From Spirogloea muscicola (Eukaryota), in assembly GCA_009602725.1 (NCBI GenBank), contig WELB01000023.1:85124-124282 (forward strand): DNA of 39,159 nucleotides, given 5' to 3'. This document shows positions 9,443-20,930 of the stretch, piece by piece. The position numbers were made by a program, and so were the translations under genes. The notes beneath the pieces are model-generated. The model saw only the letters and a list, made by a program, of their open reading frames with translations. It was not told the DNA's origin and searched no databases. Position 1 is the stretch's first letter, and every line of letters begins with the position of its first letter.

Positions 9443-10312
9443 NNNNNNNNNNNNNNNNNNNNNNNNNNNNNNNNNNNNNNNNNNNNNNNNNNNNNNNNNN
9501 NNNNNNNNNNNNNNNNNNNNNNNNNNNNNNNNNNNNNNNNNNNNNNNNNNNNNNNNNNNNNNNNNNNNNNNNNNNNNNNNNNNNNNNNNNNNNNNNNNNN
9601 NNNNNNNNNNNNNNNNNNNNNNNNNNNNNNNNNNNNNNNNNNNNNNNNNNNNNNNNNNNNNNNNNNNNNNNNNNNNNNNNNNNNNNNNNNNNNNNNNNNN
9701 NNNNNNNNNNNNNNNNNNNNNNNNNNNNNNNNNNNNNNNNNNNNNNNNNNNNNNNNNNNNNNNNNNNNNNNNNNNNNNNNNNNNNNNNNNNNNNNNNNNN
9801 NNNNNNNNNNNNNNNNNNNNNNNNNNNNNNNNNNNNNNNNNNNNNNNNNNNNNNNNNNNNNNNNNNNNNNNNNNNNNNNNNNNNNNNNNNNNNNNNNNNN
9901 NNNNNNNNNNNNNNNNNNNNNNNNNNNNNNNNNNNNNNNNNNNNNNNNNNNNNNNNNNNNNNNNNNNNNNNNNNNNNNNNNNNNNNNNNNNNNNNNNNNN
10001 NNNNNNNNNNNNNNNNNNNNNNNNNNNNNNNNNNNNNNNNNNNNNNNNNNNNNNNNNNNNNNNNNNNNNNNNNNNNNNNNNNNNNNNNNNNNNNNNNNNN
10101 NNNNNNNNNNNNNNNNNNNNNNNNNNNNNNNNNNNNNNNNNNNNNNNNNNNNNNNNNNNNNNNNNNNNNNNNNNNNNNNNNNNNNNNNNNNNNNNNNNNN
10201 NNNNNNNNNNNNNNNNNNNNNNNNNNNNNNNNNNNNNNNNNNNNNNNNNNNNNNNNNNNNNNNNNNNNNNNNNNNNNNNNNNNNNNNNNNNNNNNNNNNN
10301 NNNNNNNNNNNN
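9443..10312. other. Assembly gap (870 N), preceded by a (GGC)n tract
   Basis: Run of N with (GCG)n at ~9420-9442. Confidence 0.99.
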
Positions 10313-10610
10313 GGCCAGCTTTCTGGTGCAAGGCATTAGCCTGAGCACGCTGCAAACAGGCCGAAACACGTCGTCGCAAGAAAGACAGATATGCAGCTGG
10401 CAAGCCCAACTCAACCGGAAACACATCTGCACGACGTGTGTAGCCTAGATTGGCAATGTTTTGGAGGAGGGTGTGGAAACGAGGACCCAGACAACCAAAG
10501 ACGTCGATTGCCGCTGGCAGGAGCTGATCGCATTGAGGGTAGTCGGAGTAATGCTGCAGCTTTCTTTGTTCTGCAACGCCCACTGCGTGACCAGCGATGT
10601 GTGTGGATGC
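10313..10610 (-). mobile_element. CRE-like RLE domain fragment (family E type)
   Basis: AGHAVGVAEQRKLQHYSDYPQCDQLLPAAIDVFGCLGP...LRRRVSACLQRAQANALHQKAG, running into the gap. Confidence 0.8.
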
Positions 10611-10671
10611 TGAGCCAGGCGGCCAGTGGGCAGCAACAGCCAGGTGGCCAAGAGAGTGGCTCCAAAAGCGG

Positions 10672-10907
10672 GAAAGATGTGGCTCTCCCAAAGAGAGAAG
10701 GTGTGCGGGGCGCATGAAATGAAAGAGAGGCCAATTCAAAAGGGGAGCAGGGGCTGTGAACAGCCAGCCCGAAAGATGACAAGGTCCGAAGGGGCCAAAT
10801 GCGCTGTCTCAGAGCTGGGTAGGATGATCACTTAGTAACCACGAGTGAGGAGCCGCAAATCTGAAAGACTAGCAGCAGGAAAGCAATCCCCCTGACGAAA
10901 GCCAAAG
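10672..10907 (-). mobile_element. CRE-like family C 3' end with a family A tip nested inside it
   Basis: FRQGDCFPAASLSDLRLLTRGY* (stop 10832-10834). The C tip is interrupted at ~10692-10740 by ttgaattggcctc...ccttctctct, then resumes ttgggagagcc. Confidence 0.8.
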
Positions 10908-11249
10908 GCTAAGAGAGTCGAAAGGGCCCCACAACACTGGCCGCCGCAACGTTGTCAGGCTGCGTGCCGCTGCCACCAGCCATGCGCCTCCAGCAAAAGC
11001 TCGCACGTACTGCCTTGGGCCGACAAGGCACCGTTGCTTGACATTCCTGGCACGCGTCACATTTAAATATTTGGCCGGATCATAGCTGAATGGCAACAGG
11101 GACACTGCCCTTCCTTTTCTTGTTCCTCACTATTTTCCCTCCTATCTTCCCTTATCCCTTGAAAGGCTCTCTCTCAATGACATCAAAGGCGACCTCTTCC
11201 GCTCATACCCTTAGTCGCCAAAGCACACGCACATAACGTGGGCGGGGTG

Positions 11250-12452
11250 CTCTGACCCTTGGGCGTGGATCTGCTTCAGGCACGCCGCCAACAAGCAGGC
11301 CGTTACCTACTGATAATGTAACACAAGAACGATGGCGTTCTCTCTCGCCTCCACTCAATCAGCTCTAGGGGGGCGTCCGAGTGCTCAATGCACATTCTTA
11401 ACAAGTCCCTTGGACTCCCCAATGACTGCAGTCCACCACCATGTCCGCCTTCCCCCCCTTTGCTTTGCCGGCTTCCGACAATGGGAGTGTGGGCATAAAT
11501 CTAAAATGAGATTGCGTTGGCTGCTCACAACTTAGGTGTGTTGAGGGCGGTGAGCGTAACGCCTCCCACAACTTACTGAGAGACGCAATGTGTGGTTTAC
11601 TTCGGAACTCTGGTACATCCGGCTATGGAGGTGCTGGGCATCATGCCCGTCATCCGGAAAGCGGCAGGCTTACATGAGTCGTCTGGATGCGATTCCCACT
11701 CTCTCAGAACTGCGGGCCTCGCCTCCTGCTCAAAGTCATGTTAAGTGATGCTTTCCAATCGGGACACCCAGGCCAACTGTGTGTGCATAGCTGGTCGACA
11801 ACCTATGCGGAAATGGAGTGGCACTACAAGGACCACCCCTTGGGGAGACCAATCTAATTCGTGCACTGTGGACATTCACAGCGGCTTTAGTATGATGTGG
11901 TCTTCCCTCCTCCATCGCCTGGCCGAGCTGGTAGATGCACGCCATCGTGGTCAGGCAGGTAGCTCGGGGCATACCAGCATCCTGCAAGCATTGGTCGCCC
12001 AGAGAGAATGCCGCTCTCACTCAGGCTCTAGCCATACATCAGTATGCTGGGCACGCTCTATGTCAGGCCACTGGCTTGCATCATGGTGCTCCGGCTCCCC
12101 AGATTAGCTGTTGGATGTATAAGCGTGTACTCGTTAGTAGAATAGTCCCTCTTCGATTGTGCTTCTCATTCTTCTAACTCAGCCCCTCTCTATTTTCTCC
12201 GTTCGTACCATAACAACAATGTACCGGTTTGGCTTGGACTCCTGTACTTTGTGCACCACGTACTGTCTCTTAGTATTGAAGGCCCCTTCCCGCCAGCTAG
12301 TACCAAATGCATAACTCGGGCGGCCATGCTTTATAAGACATCCTTTGAGCACTTTGAGCACTCCTTGTTTGCATTAGACACTGCCTGAACAATGTATTGC
12401 CTTGAATTGGCCTCCCTTTCATTTTCTGCGCTTCGCACGCCTGCTCTCTCTT
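11250..12452 (+). mobile_element. Old, decayed CRE-like element (family A type), zinc knuckle to 3' tip
   Basis: Broken frames give LPPLCFAGFRQWECG, LRCVEGGERNASHNLLRDAMCGLL, PRLLL, WSSLLHRLAELVDARHRG and QALAIHQYAGHAL, collinear with the 36.5-37.8 kb copy. An A-type tip lies at ~12365-12452. Confidence 0.7.
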
Positions 12453-13607
12453 TAAGCACAGTCATCCTGGGCCCCTAGCAGAAGGCTTTGCTTTGTGTGG
12501 CGTTTCCCTGAATAGTGTGTTACAAAGATTTGACGACCTCCTCATTTATGCTCACCGCTTCACCTTTTCTAAGACAAAACTGCATCTGACTCATTCAAGG
12601 AACTGAGAGTAAATTTGATATTCTTTATATACACTTCATCCCCCCGCCGTTTTTCCTGACAGATTCAACTTTCTGTGTGATACAAACCTTGACAACCACA
12701 CTTGATTGCTCTGCATTTGAAAGTTTTCAACACATTCTTGTATACTATTGTCCAAAGTAAACAAGTAGCCAGTGATTGGTGAAGAGCTATATGGTGATGA
12801 CATTTGCCTCAGCCAGCTACCTAATTTTTTCCAATGAAAACTTATGTAGATAGCATGTTGTGTTCGTTTCCCAAGTAATTAGTATAAGTTGTTGCCTTTC
12901 TTCCGAGTTATGTATTTGATAGTAATTAATGGTGACATGCTTCAAAAAGTCCTTCGTTTAACAATTAACGCTTGTGAGATATTACTCATATGAATTGATA
13001 TAAAACCACAAGACAAGTTGACTTTTGGTAGAGTTGGTGGACTGACAGTATTCGTTTGCAGTGGTTGACTACGAGACATGGTCCATGCAAAGAGCGTATA
13101 CATGTATGTAGCTTGTCATAGCTCAGTGATGCACAATAAGTGATAAAACTTGTGTAAGTCATCATATTTCACCCAAATCACAACAGTGTTCACCAAGTTC
13201 ACTCCGTATTTCGGGGTTATATGTGTAAGTAGTAAATATCAGCAAGAACCTGAATTCATAAAGCCACGTGAAAACGACCTATAGAGGACATAAATGAATG
13301 CACTACGTTTGCATCGACACAGCCATTCACTTTAAATTGTGTCCAGTACAGATATGCACAATCACTAGGTTTACATTGTTTCTCAAGCATAACGGCACGC
13401 AGACCACAAAGGAAGTTCATAAAGCTGACTCATATTCCAAAGTAAAGTCTAAGCAGATGTTAGCCTCAAATGAAGTAGGCAATCAAGTGCACCATCCTGA
13501 TGCTTTGGTCAAACTTGCAAATCTGAAAGTGGTCAGTGAGCCAGATTCTCCTAGGGGCAGCTGCATGTCTGCACTTCTGAGAAGGAGCAAAGATAATCTG
13601 GCCTGAT

Positions 13608-16600
13608 TCAAAGCCGTCTCTCAGCTGCTTCAAAAGCTCGTCCGGCTGGCTCCTTATTACCACCAGTGACTGTGTCATATTCCCCAGGACCTTGATGTCC
13701 AGCAAGCTCACTAGCACCCTACATTACAACTTCGAGAAATTTAGCTTCACCACAAATTTCACAATCTCCAAGAATGAATGAGTAATTTGCTCAGACTGTC
13801 ACACATATGATGTATACTGTGAAGTGATAGAAGATTGCAAGCACACATGCTGCCTCACTGCAATGGAAGTTTAGCGTACTGGTTCAGTACCTTCTTCATG
13901 TCCTGATAGGCAGTTTGCAAGCTGTCATCACTCTGGCCACCGATCTGTGCTGCGTAGCCACCGGATGTGTATGCGGGTTGAGTCGCCGTTTTACCAGGCG
14001 AAAGATCAACATACCCACCAGTCTGATCGCTGGAGAGATTGACATAACCGCCTGTGACGGTGTTGGGCTGCCTCTGGGTCGTGCTTCCCAATGTATCAGC
14101 ATATCCTTGCAGGCTTTTCTTATCTAAATCCTCGCCTATGCCCTGCACTGTCTGCACAACAATCAATGACCAGTCAGGACAGGCCAGGGCTGTCAAATCT
14201 GATCTAGAAAACGTGCTGAAAGAGTAAGCTGGCCTTGACCTTCAACCCAAGGCCAAGTAAGCTCTGCAACAACATCATCAGATATCAGGTCATCACATGC
14301 ACCTTCAGCAGCATAAGGAATTTCTTCATACCTGCTTTGTGCCTTCGTAGGCACCCTGAAGAGTGCCCTGAACAGTGTCTGAAACCTTGGCACCAGCTTG
14401 ACTGAGCGTTTGCCGCGTGTTGTCGTAGTTGGTATCTCCAGCAAATCTGGCAGAGTGGTAAGAGCCCGTTAGCTCACAACAGGAGAGTAGGAATGTCACA
14501 GCATATGTGATATTCTTAATATACCATGTAGCAAGAGGCAAACATACTTGGAAGTTCCGTGTGATGCTGCATCTTGTCCCTCTATAACTCCTTCCTTTGC
14601 TCCTTGATAAGCACTGGCAGCTTGATCATATGCTTGGCCAAGTTGCTGCCTAGCAGCATCGTAGATACTCTGAGCAGTCTGCAAGTGCACAACTGCTGGG
14701 TCAACCAAAGGAAAACAAACAGGTGCACAGGATAACCCCACATCACAGAGAGGAATTAGGGATCACAAAGGAGGAGTAGGGAAAACATGCCTGCTTCGTC
14801 GCGTCAGCAGCGCCCTGCACAGTGTCGCTGGCCTGTCCAACCACATTCCTGCTTGTCTGGTAGGTCGAATCACTACCAGTTGTAGTACCAGTGGTGGGGT
14901 AGTTGCTTGCAGACACTGAGCTTGGTGTGACGTTAACAGTTCCAGTTGCATTGCTGGTGAACGTAGGGCCTTGAACAGTACCAGCTGCATTGGTAGTATA
15001 CGTAGGGCCTGAGACTGTCTTAGAGTCCACAGTCGAGGTTGTTGAGTTACTGGCAGAGAAAGAGGGTTGGCAGTGAGTCAGTGCGAGAGAAAACCTGTAC
15101 GGCCTTGATAAAGCTATGAAGAATGTAGTGGTATATATTGAGACCAGCCTTGCTCATGATCAGTCAATCTTCAGGTATATGCGAATGGAAGCACACCTCA
15201 AGTCTTGGCCAAGACTGCTCTCTTTTGCACCATCCTTGACGCCTTTGTAAGCACCAGAGATGTGGTCATAAGCTGCTCCAATGGCATTCCTTGCACCCTG
15301 GTTGATATCGCCAGCAACCTGAGCAACACATGACATAGTGGCATTCTAAGGCAACCGAGACTAAGGTACAAATAATCAGCTCCGATGCAAACACAGTAAC
15401 CACATGTAGATGTGATTGACAATTTGGCAAATTTATGAGCCAAAAGATGAGCAAAACGTCATGTCACAAGTCCAACTGAGAGCCCTTCAGAAGGCAGCAT
15501 ATACCTTTTGAACCAACTCGCCAGCGCTGGCTGCTACAGTGGTGGTGCTGTCATATACTTGGCTGCCAGTGACCTTAGCACCTTCGGACAAGTCAGAAGC
15601 TGTACCGGCTGCTGAATTGTAAGCGCTGTTCAGGCGATCCTTTGCACCTTGATGCGTATCAGCCACAGTTTGTTTTGTTGAATCAAACACACCTTGGACC
15701 GTGCCTGTAATCTTCTCAACCGTAGATCCAACCGCTTGTTTGGTCTGATCATAAGTAGTACCTGGGCTCTGAGTATCCGTGGTGTTCAAGGCTGATGCAG
15801 TATCCCTGGTATTCAAGCCTGATGCCATCGAGTTATCGTAGGTGCTACTGTTGGTGGTCGAGGTGATGTCAGAAGACCTGACAATCAGGGCCGCTTGTCC
15901 TCAGATACTGTGATGGAAGAAAGTGCAAACCAGAACTGTCCTCAAGGACAAGTGTACTAGCAGCAATGCACACGAGAATGAGGTGAAGTATGCGAAATGT
16001 GATGCCTTCTTGCTTAGCTGATCGTGTAAAATTGTGAGACACCTCATATACATTGTGTACTGCTAGAATGTCAGTGCAAACCATGTGTGAGTGACCTACT
16101 TACTTGTTCTGAATTCCTGCAGCTGTGCCTTGAAGTCCTGCATGTGTGCCTTGGATGGTCTGCCTTGCCCCTTCATAGACATAGTTAGCTGTGCCAGCGA
16201 TGCCAGAGTACACGGATCCAGCCACTGCTTTTGTCTTGTCCAGTATCGCACCAGTTGTGCTTTTGGCAGCATCATAGGTCTGGTTGCTGGTGTTGCCTGT
16301 AGTGGTGCTCTGGCTGCCATCATACCTGAGTAGCACACATGAGGTGAGCTGTAGAGAACGTGCAAGGACCATCCTAGCACGAACTGAAATCCTACGAATA
16401 ATTGAATGTATACAACTGGCAATTGGCACATTTTGTGCAATCAACATTGACAGTTGTTACCTTAATGCCTTTGTTCGACATACCTTCTCTCAGCATCCTG
16501 ATGTACATCATCTGCAGTCTGCTTGACACTGCTCTGAACGTTGTCAATTGCCTGGTTGATGTTATTCTTGACACTGTCCATGACGTGGTCTGAGGGGTCA

Positions 16601-17344
16601 TTCACTTGCCCAGTTGTGTCGGAATACAAGCTGCTTGTTGGTCTGCGCAGAACCAAAAGGCAGATTTGCCGAGAGGTGAGCGCCTATCACAATCCCATCT
16701 GATTATAGTGACAAAAGGATTTTCTTTCAAATGAAGTGACACACCCCACTACGAGCAAGGTGCAAACAGTGCATGTTGGACGTGTACGCCATACCCAGAA
16801 GTGCTTTGGCCACCAGTAGATGTCTGTATAGCTGCTGCTGCAGCACGTTGGTATTGATCTTTGCTGTCAGACTGGCTGCCAATGTCCAGTCTGTCAAGAA
16901 CATCGGTATTGCTGGACTGCTGCTTGGCAGTGTTGTATCTATCCTCAGCAGCCTATTCACGAGATTGGTAGCAGAACAGTCAGAGTTACACTCACACTAA
17001 GGCAAGCACCAACATTGATGCTGGTCCATGGCAACGTCGGCCTGGCACAATCCACCTAGACGAGTGTCTGCAGGGGTGGCACTAATACCTGAAGCACTGT
17101 ATTTGCTTGACCTTGTGCAGCGTTGCGGTACTGCGTGAGCTGGTCAAGGGAATCCTGGTCCTACGTCAATTGAGACGACAAGGCATGCGTATCAGCCCCA
17201 GGACCTGCCTGTTATTGCTGAGAACAAGATATCCCGGTGCACATACCCCGTAAAAATTCATGTACTGTAAGTACTCACTTGCTGCACGCCTTGGCGAAAG
17301 GCAGGGGCGCCCTCGAAAGTTCGCTTGTCTTGCCCCGACGCCAT
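13608..17344 (-). CDS. LEA (group 3-like)/hydrophilin-like protein, ~682 aa, 12 exons
   Basis: Exons 17344-17279, 17160-17089, 16952-16795, 16642-16484, 16325-16104, 15877-15505, 15318-15197, 15049-14791, 14678-14548, 14446-14332, 14151-13891, 13718-13608 join in frame (2049 nt). The product is A/T/S/G/Q/D-rich, lacks Cys and Trp, and has repeated YD.(A/T)KQ / VQG.Y.G(A/T)K amphipathic units. If the last intron is not spliced the frame stops at 13855. Confidence 0.8.
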
Positions 17345-17820
17345 GTCTGCGGCAAAGCTTCGCGCTGCCTGGCAGGCTCTGCGTCTGCAAGCCGCGCTGG
17401 GATGAGGCGGAGAGCCCGAGGCGCGGTAGCAACACGCAGCGGGTACGGAGGGCAAGGGGCAGATAGGCGAGGTGAGGTGAAGAGTGGAGGCGTGGACGAG
17501 ACAAGCGGAGACAATAAGGCGATTTACACCTTTACTGCTGTAGGGACCGCTTATAGCCACCGCCCCGAGGAGCCAGGTGCAGCCGAATCCGTCCTCGGCG
17601 GGTCCGGGTGCCTGCCGACGACTTCCGCGGTCACAGAGCAGCGGGGAAATAGTGGCGCGGCCCGTTTCGCGGGGTCGGCCTCGGGTCCCGGCTGCCGGTG
17701 GGTGCCGCAGAGGATGGGCCCCCGCCCTCGTGCCGCGCCTTATCCCAGGCCGCGCGCCCATTCGCTCCACGGCTGGCGCGGCGACGCCCATTGGCCCGCG
17801 CCGCGCCAGCACAGCTGCAC

Positions 17821-17943
17821 GCCACGTCAGAGCCCCTGCCACGCGCCGGGCCCGCGTGCGCCCTGCGGCAGCCGCGCCCGCTCCAGTAGGGAGCACGTGT
17901 CAGCCACAGAGCACCTCCGGGCCCCTGAGCGAGGACGCGTGGC
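17821..17943. promoter_or_regulatory. ABRE/G-box and CE3-like cluster in a divergent promoter
   Basis: GCCACGTC (17821), GCCACGCG (17838), CACGTGTC (17894) and ACGCGTGGC (17935) lie within ~120 bp, between the LEA-like ATG (17344, -) and the small-protein ATG (18304, +). Confidence 0.55.
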
Positions 17944-18303
17944 GGTCGGCGGATCGCCCCTCCTGGGCTGCCACCCTGGCAGGCCGCTTCCGCGCGCTTT
18001 CCGAGGTTGTGCAGAGCTGAGAATTTGTCGATATTTTTTGGGTGTCAGTGTCACCCTTGCCGTGCCGTTGCACCGCGGCCGCCGCCGGGCGGCGTCCGCC
18101 GCCGCCAGCGCCGACGCGGCAGCTTCGCACAGCGTGCCCTGCTTTCGCTCCGGCTGGCCTGCGCCGCACGGCGGATGGCGCTGCAGCGGCCTTGAGCTCT
18201 AGGCGCAGGCGGGCGCCCATTGTTGCACTGCTTGAGAGGCCGGCTGTGGTGGTCTGGGAGCCTGAGGCAGCAACTCCGGGCGCGGGCCGCGCAGGCAGTC
18301 GCC

Positions 18304-18739
18304 ATGGCGGCAATCCCGCTGTGCTTCCAGTGCGGTGTTGTTGACTCTCCTTGTGGCTGCAAGGTCAGCTGCCATCTGATCTCTGTCAAGACCCGCCAAG
18401 CTGCCATGAACTAGTGCAACTTTACACTATTGCGCAAATGTCAAGGGGAGGTCTACTTTGTGAGCTACGGAAGGCAATGGGAAGAAAGCATTGAGTAGCA
18501 CTGATCTCGTTGTGAGTGGATACAATGGCTGGTCCGCTTTGCTGGAATTGCTGACATGACATAAATCCTGACAGGTGGTTTCTCCCACGCTGGCCTTTAT
18601 TGCTATGTTGATTGTTGGCATCATCTGCTGGCCGCTGGGTCTCATTATTTGGTGCTGCAATCGCCTCAGAGGAAGTGCAATCATGAGGAAGCCGGTATAT
18701 GAAGTCTACCCTATGGTGGCCAGTTTACTGCCTATCTAG
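18304..18739 (+). CDS. Small Cys-rich membrane protein, 74 aa (resembles the plant 'cold-regulated' CxxC...PCxCK-VVGPTLG family), copy 1
   Basis: Exons 18304-18363 and 18575-18739: MAAIPLCFQCGVVDSPCGCK|VVSPTLAFIAMLIVGIICWPLGLIIWCCNRLRGSAIMRKPVYEVYPMVASLLPI*. Paralog of 20931-21494 with the same intron position. Family assignment is from recall. Confidence 0.85.
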
Positions 18740-19399
18740 ATTACGCCTTGAAAGTCGTGCATAGGCCTTTATCTGCCATGCGCAGGGTGCCTTTTACAGT
18801 AGTTCCCATATGTGGAACAAGAGGACCTCTGGCTCCTCCAAAGTTAAAGATAGGATGTGCTGCATATGTCTCGCCAGAATCTGCTCACTTGAAGGGTGGT
18901 GCTGCTTCCAAGCTTGAATGACTTTCAAGTCTGGTTGGTTAGCCCGCAACATGACAGTGCTATCTGGAATTGTGTTGCCAGCACTTTTAGTTGCTGATTT
19001 ACCTGAGGTGCCAAAGTTGCTCTCTGGATTATGGTTTGACGTCGGAATAAGCTCACACCTCTCGCGATGCCTGCAAAAGCATGCATGAGAAAACAGCCTA
19101 CTGACCTTAAGCTCAACCCTTTGCCGGCAGCATTCATAGTGCTCAGCAGTCCAAATTATCATCGTTTATGTTGCACATCAGATGACAATCCAAGAATTGG
19201 TTCTGCGAACAGCACTTGTGTCAAGCATTTGCAGTTGAGTTTTGACTTTGCCATCAGTTCCGCATAGTGCTGCATGCAATGTGGTAGTGCCCTCAAAGGC
19301 AGCCTGCAGCAAATCGTTCCTACTATGCAAATCCTCTAGCATAGGGTTCAATCCTGATCACAACGTGGCAGAGAGCTCAAGAAAAGGTTGATGCGTGTG

Positions 19400-19745
19400 G
19401 GTTGGCAGCCTCCACGTCTTTGTATGTTGATAGCGCCCCTCCGAGCAGCAGCCTCGCCTTCTCCTCAACGTTGGATTGGTTGAAGTTTTCCAGTTGGGGG
19501 ACCCATGCAGACGTTGCCTCACTGGGCAACAATCAATGCGGAAGGGCAGAGCAAGTACCACCTTTGGTGAACCAATTTAAACAGTGCACTACAAAGTCTA
19601 TTGCGGCTGCGGTATCAAGTGGTACCCCCTCCTCCATCACTTGGTCCAGCTGGTAGATGCACGCCATCGTAGTTGGGCAGGTAGCATGGGCATCCTAGCG
19701 TCCCACAAGAATTGGTTGCTCATCACAGAATGCGGCTCTCGCTTA
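19400..19745 (+). mobile_element. Decayed CRE-like RLE fragment (family A type)
   Basis: Aligns to ~11660-12020, e.g. ctcctccatc.c.tgg.c.agctggtagatgcacgccatcgt. Confidence 0.6.
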
Positions 19746-19779
19746 CTTTGTAGTATTCCTAGACGCCCTATGTACTGTT

Positions 19780-20395
19780 TTCCCCTATTTTTAGGCTGGC
19801 CTATTACAGCCATCGCCCTCTATGGGAAGAGTTCCCTACCGACGCATTCGACCGCTCCCACCCAGCCCAGTCTGCCACCAAGGCTGGGTATGCGGTCGCC
19901 TGCGCCGCTCGGGCAAAAGAGATCAAGTACGCCGACCATCCGCCGGAAGACGAGTTCTTCCCGTTGGCAATTGACATCCATGGGGCACTGGGCGCTCGGT
20001 GGCTTAAGCTACTTAACCAGCTCGCCCGCCACGCAATCGCCCGTCGCTTCCATGGTGAACCGGTTGACTTTCCTGCAGCCGGGTCGCTGGCGCAAGTGTA
20101 TCGCATGCGCTTGGCCGTCTCGCTGCAGAGGTCCATGGCCCGTGCGCTGCACCTTCGTGCCGGAAGAGCCCTAGCTGCTGCCTCTGGCTCTGTCCAGGGG
20201 ACCCACTTCCAGGACCCTAGCATCTCTGATCTGCGGCTGCTCAGCAGGAATTACTGAGTCATTCGTAGTTGCTTTGTTTCTTCTTGTGCTTGTTCCTTAG
20301 CGCTTCCCCTGGCTCCCTTCTCGTACTTTGTCCATTCTTTTTTGGGCTGGCTGTTCCAGCCCCTATCCTCAATGGGCGAGCTCTTTCTTCCCTTG
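19780..20395 (+). mobile_element. Family F tip followed by a 5'-truncated CRE-like family B copy
   Basis: Tip ggctggcctattacagccatcgccc (~19795-19830). Then an open frame TDAFDRSHPAQSATKAGYAVACAARAKEIKYADHPPEDEFFPLAIDIHGALG...SDLRLLSRNY* (stop 20257) and a UTR ending aatgggcgagc. Highly similar to 36511-36933 (-). Confidence 0.85.
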
Positions 20396-20504
20396 GAAGA
20401 ATGGACGCCTCCCTTGGAGAGAGCTACTTCATCTTTGGAGCTTCTTCCTTCTTAGCGCGTCGTCTTGCCCTTGCCAGTATCGCATATCTCAAAACTGGGG
20501 TAGG

Positions 20505-20607
20505 ATGAATTGCTCAATAGCAACGAGTGAGGAGCCTCAGATCCGTCAGATTTTTTCTCGGGCTGGCTTCTCACAGCCCTTGCCCCCATTGGGAGAGCCA
20601 CTTCTCT
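20505..20607. mobile_element. Inverted ORF-end scrap (-) joined to a family C tip (+)
   Basis: 20512-20547 matches 27811-27847 (DLRLLTRCY* on -). 20560-20605 is gggctggcttctcacagcccttgcccccattgggagagccactt. Confidence 0.7.
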
Positions 20608-20930
20608 TGCCAGTTGGCGGCTCCTCCTCTCATCTAGTGCTTCGCTCTCCGCCTGCCGCCACCGCCGCTCCTCCACATCCGCCTCCACCCTCTGCCGGTG
20701 GCGCGCTCGCGCCCTCGCGGCCTCGCCCTTCCGACAGAGCCCGCGGCAGCGCGTGCTCCTCGCTCGCTCGCCTACTGCTAATCCCGGCTTTCGGGGTGCT
20801 GGCGAGGCGATCTCCGTCGTGGCAGGGACCGGTGGCCTGAAGGAGGACGACGAACAGCAGCAGACGTCTCTGCACGCAACGAGCTGAGCTGAGGAGGCCG
20901 AGCTTGCGGCAAGGAGGTCAGGTTGCGGCC

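Noticed and set aside
9153..10739. Long ORFs of 360-446 aa (and those crossing 3971-4104)
   Set aside because: They are artefacts of translating through N gaps.
17237..18202. 321-aa and overlapping ORFs
   Set aside because: Stop-poor GC-rich promoter/UTR sequence gives low-complexity R/A/P/G translations.
20344..20385. HDV-like or hammerhead ribozyme in the 3' tips
   Set aside because: I could not fit the nested double pseudoknot or CUGANGA/GAAA cores, and such ribozymes normally sit at element 5' ends. An Infernal scan would settle it.
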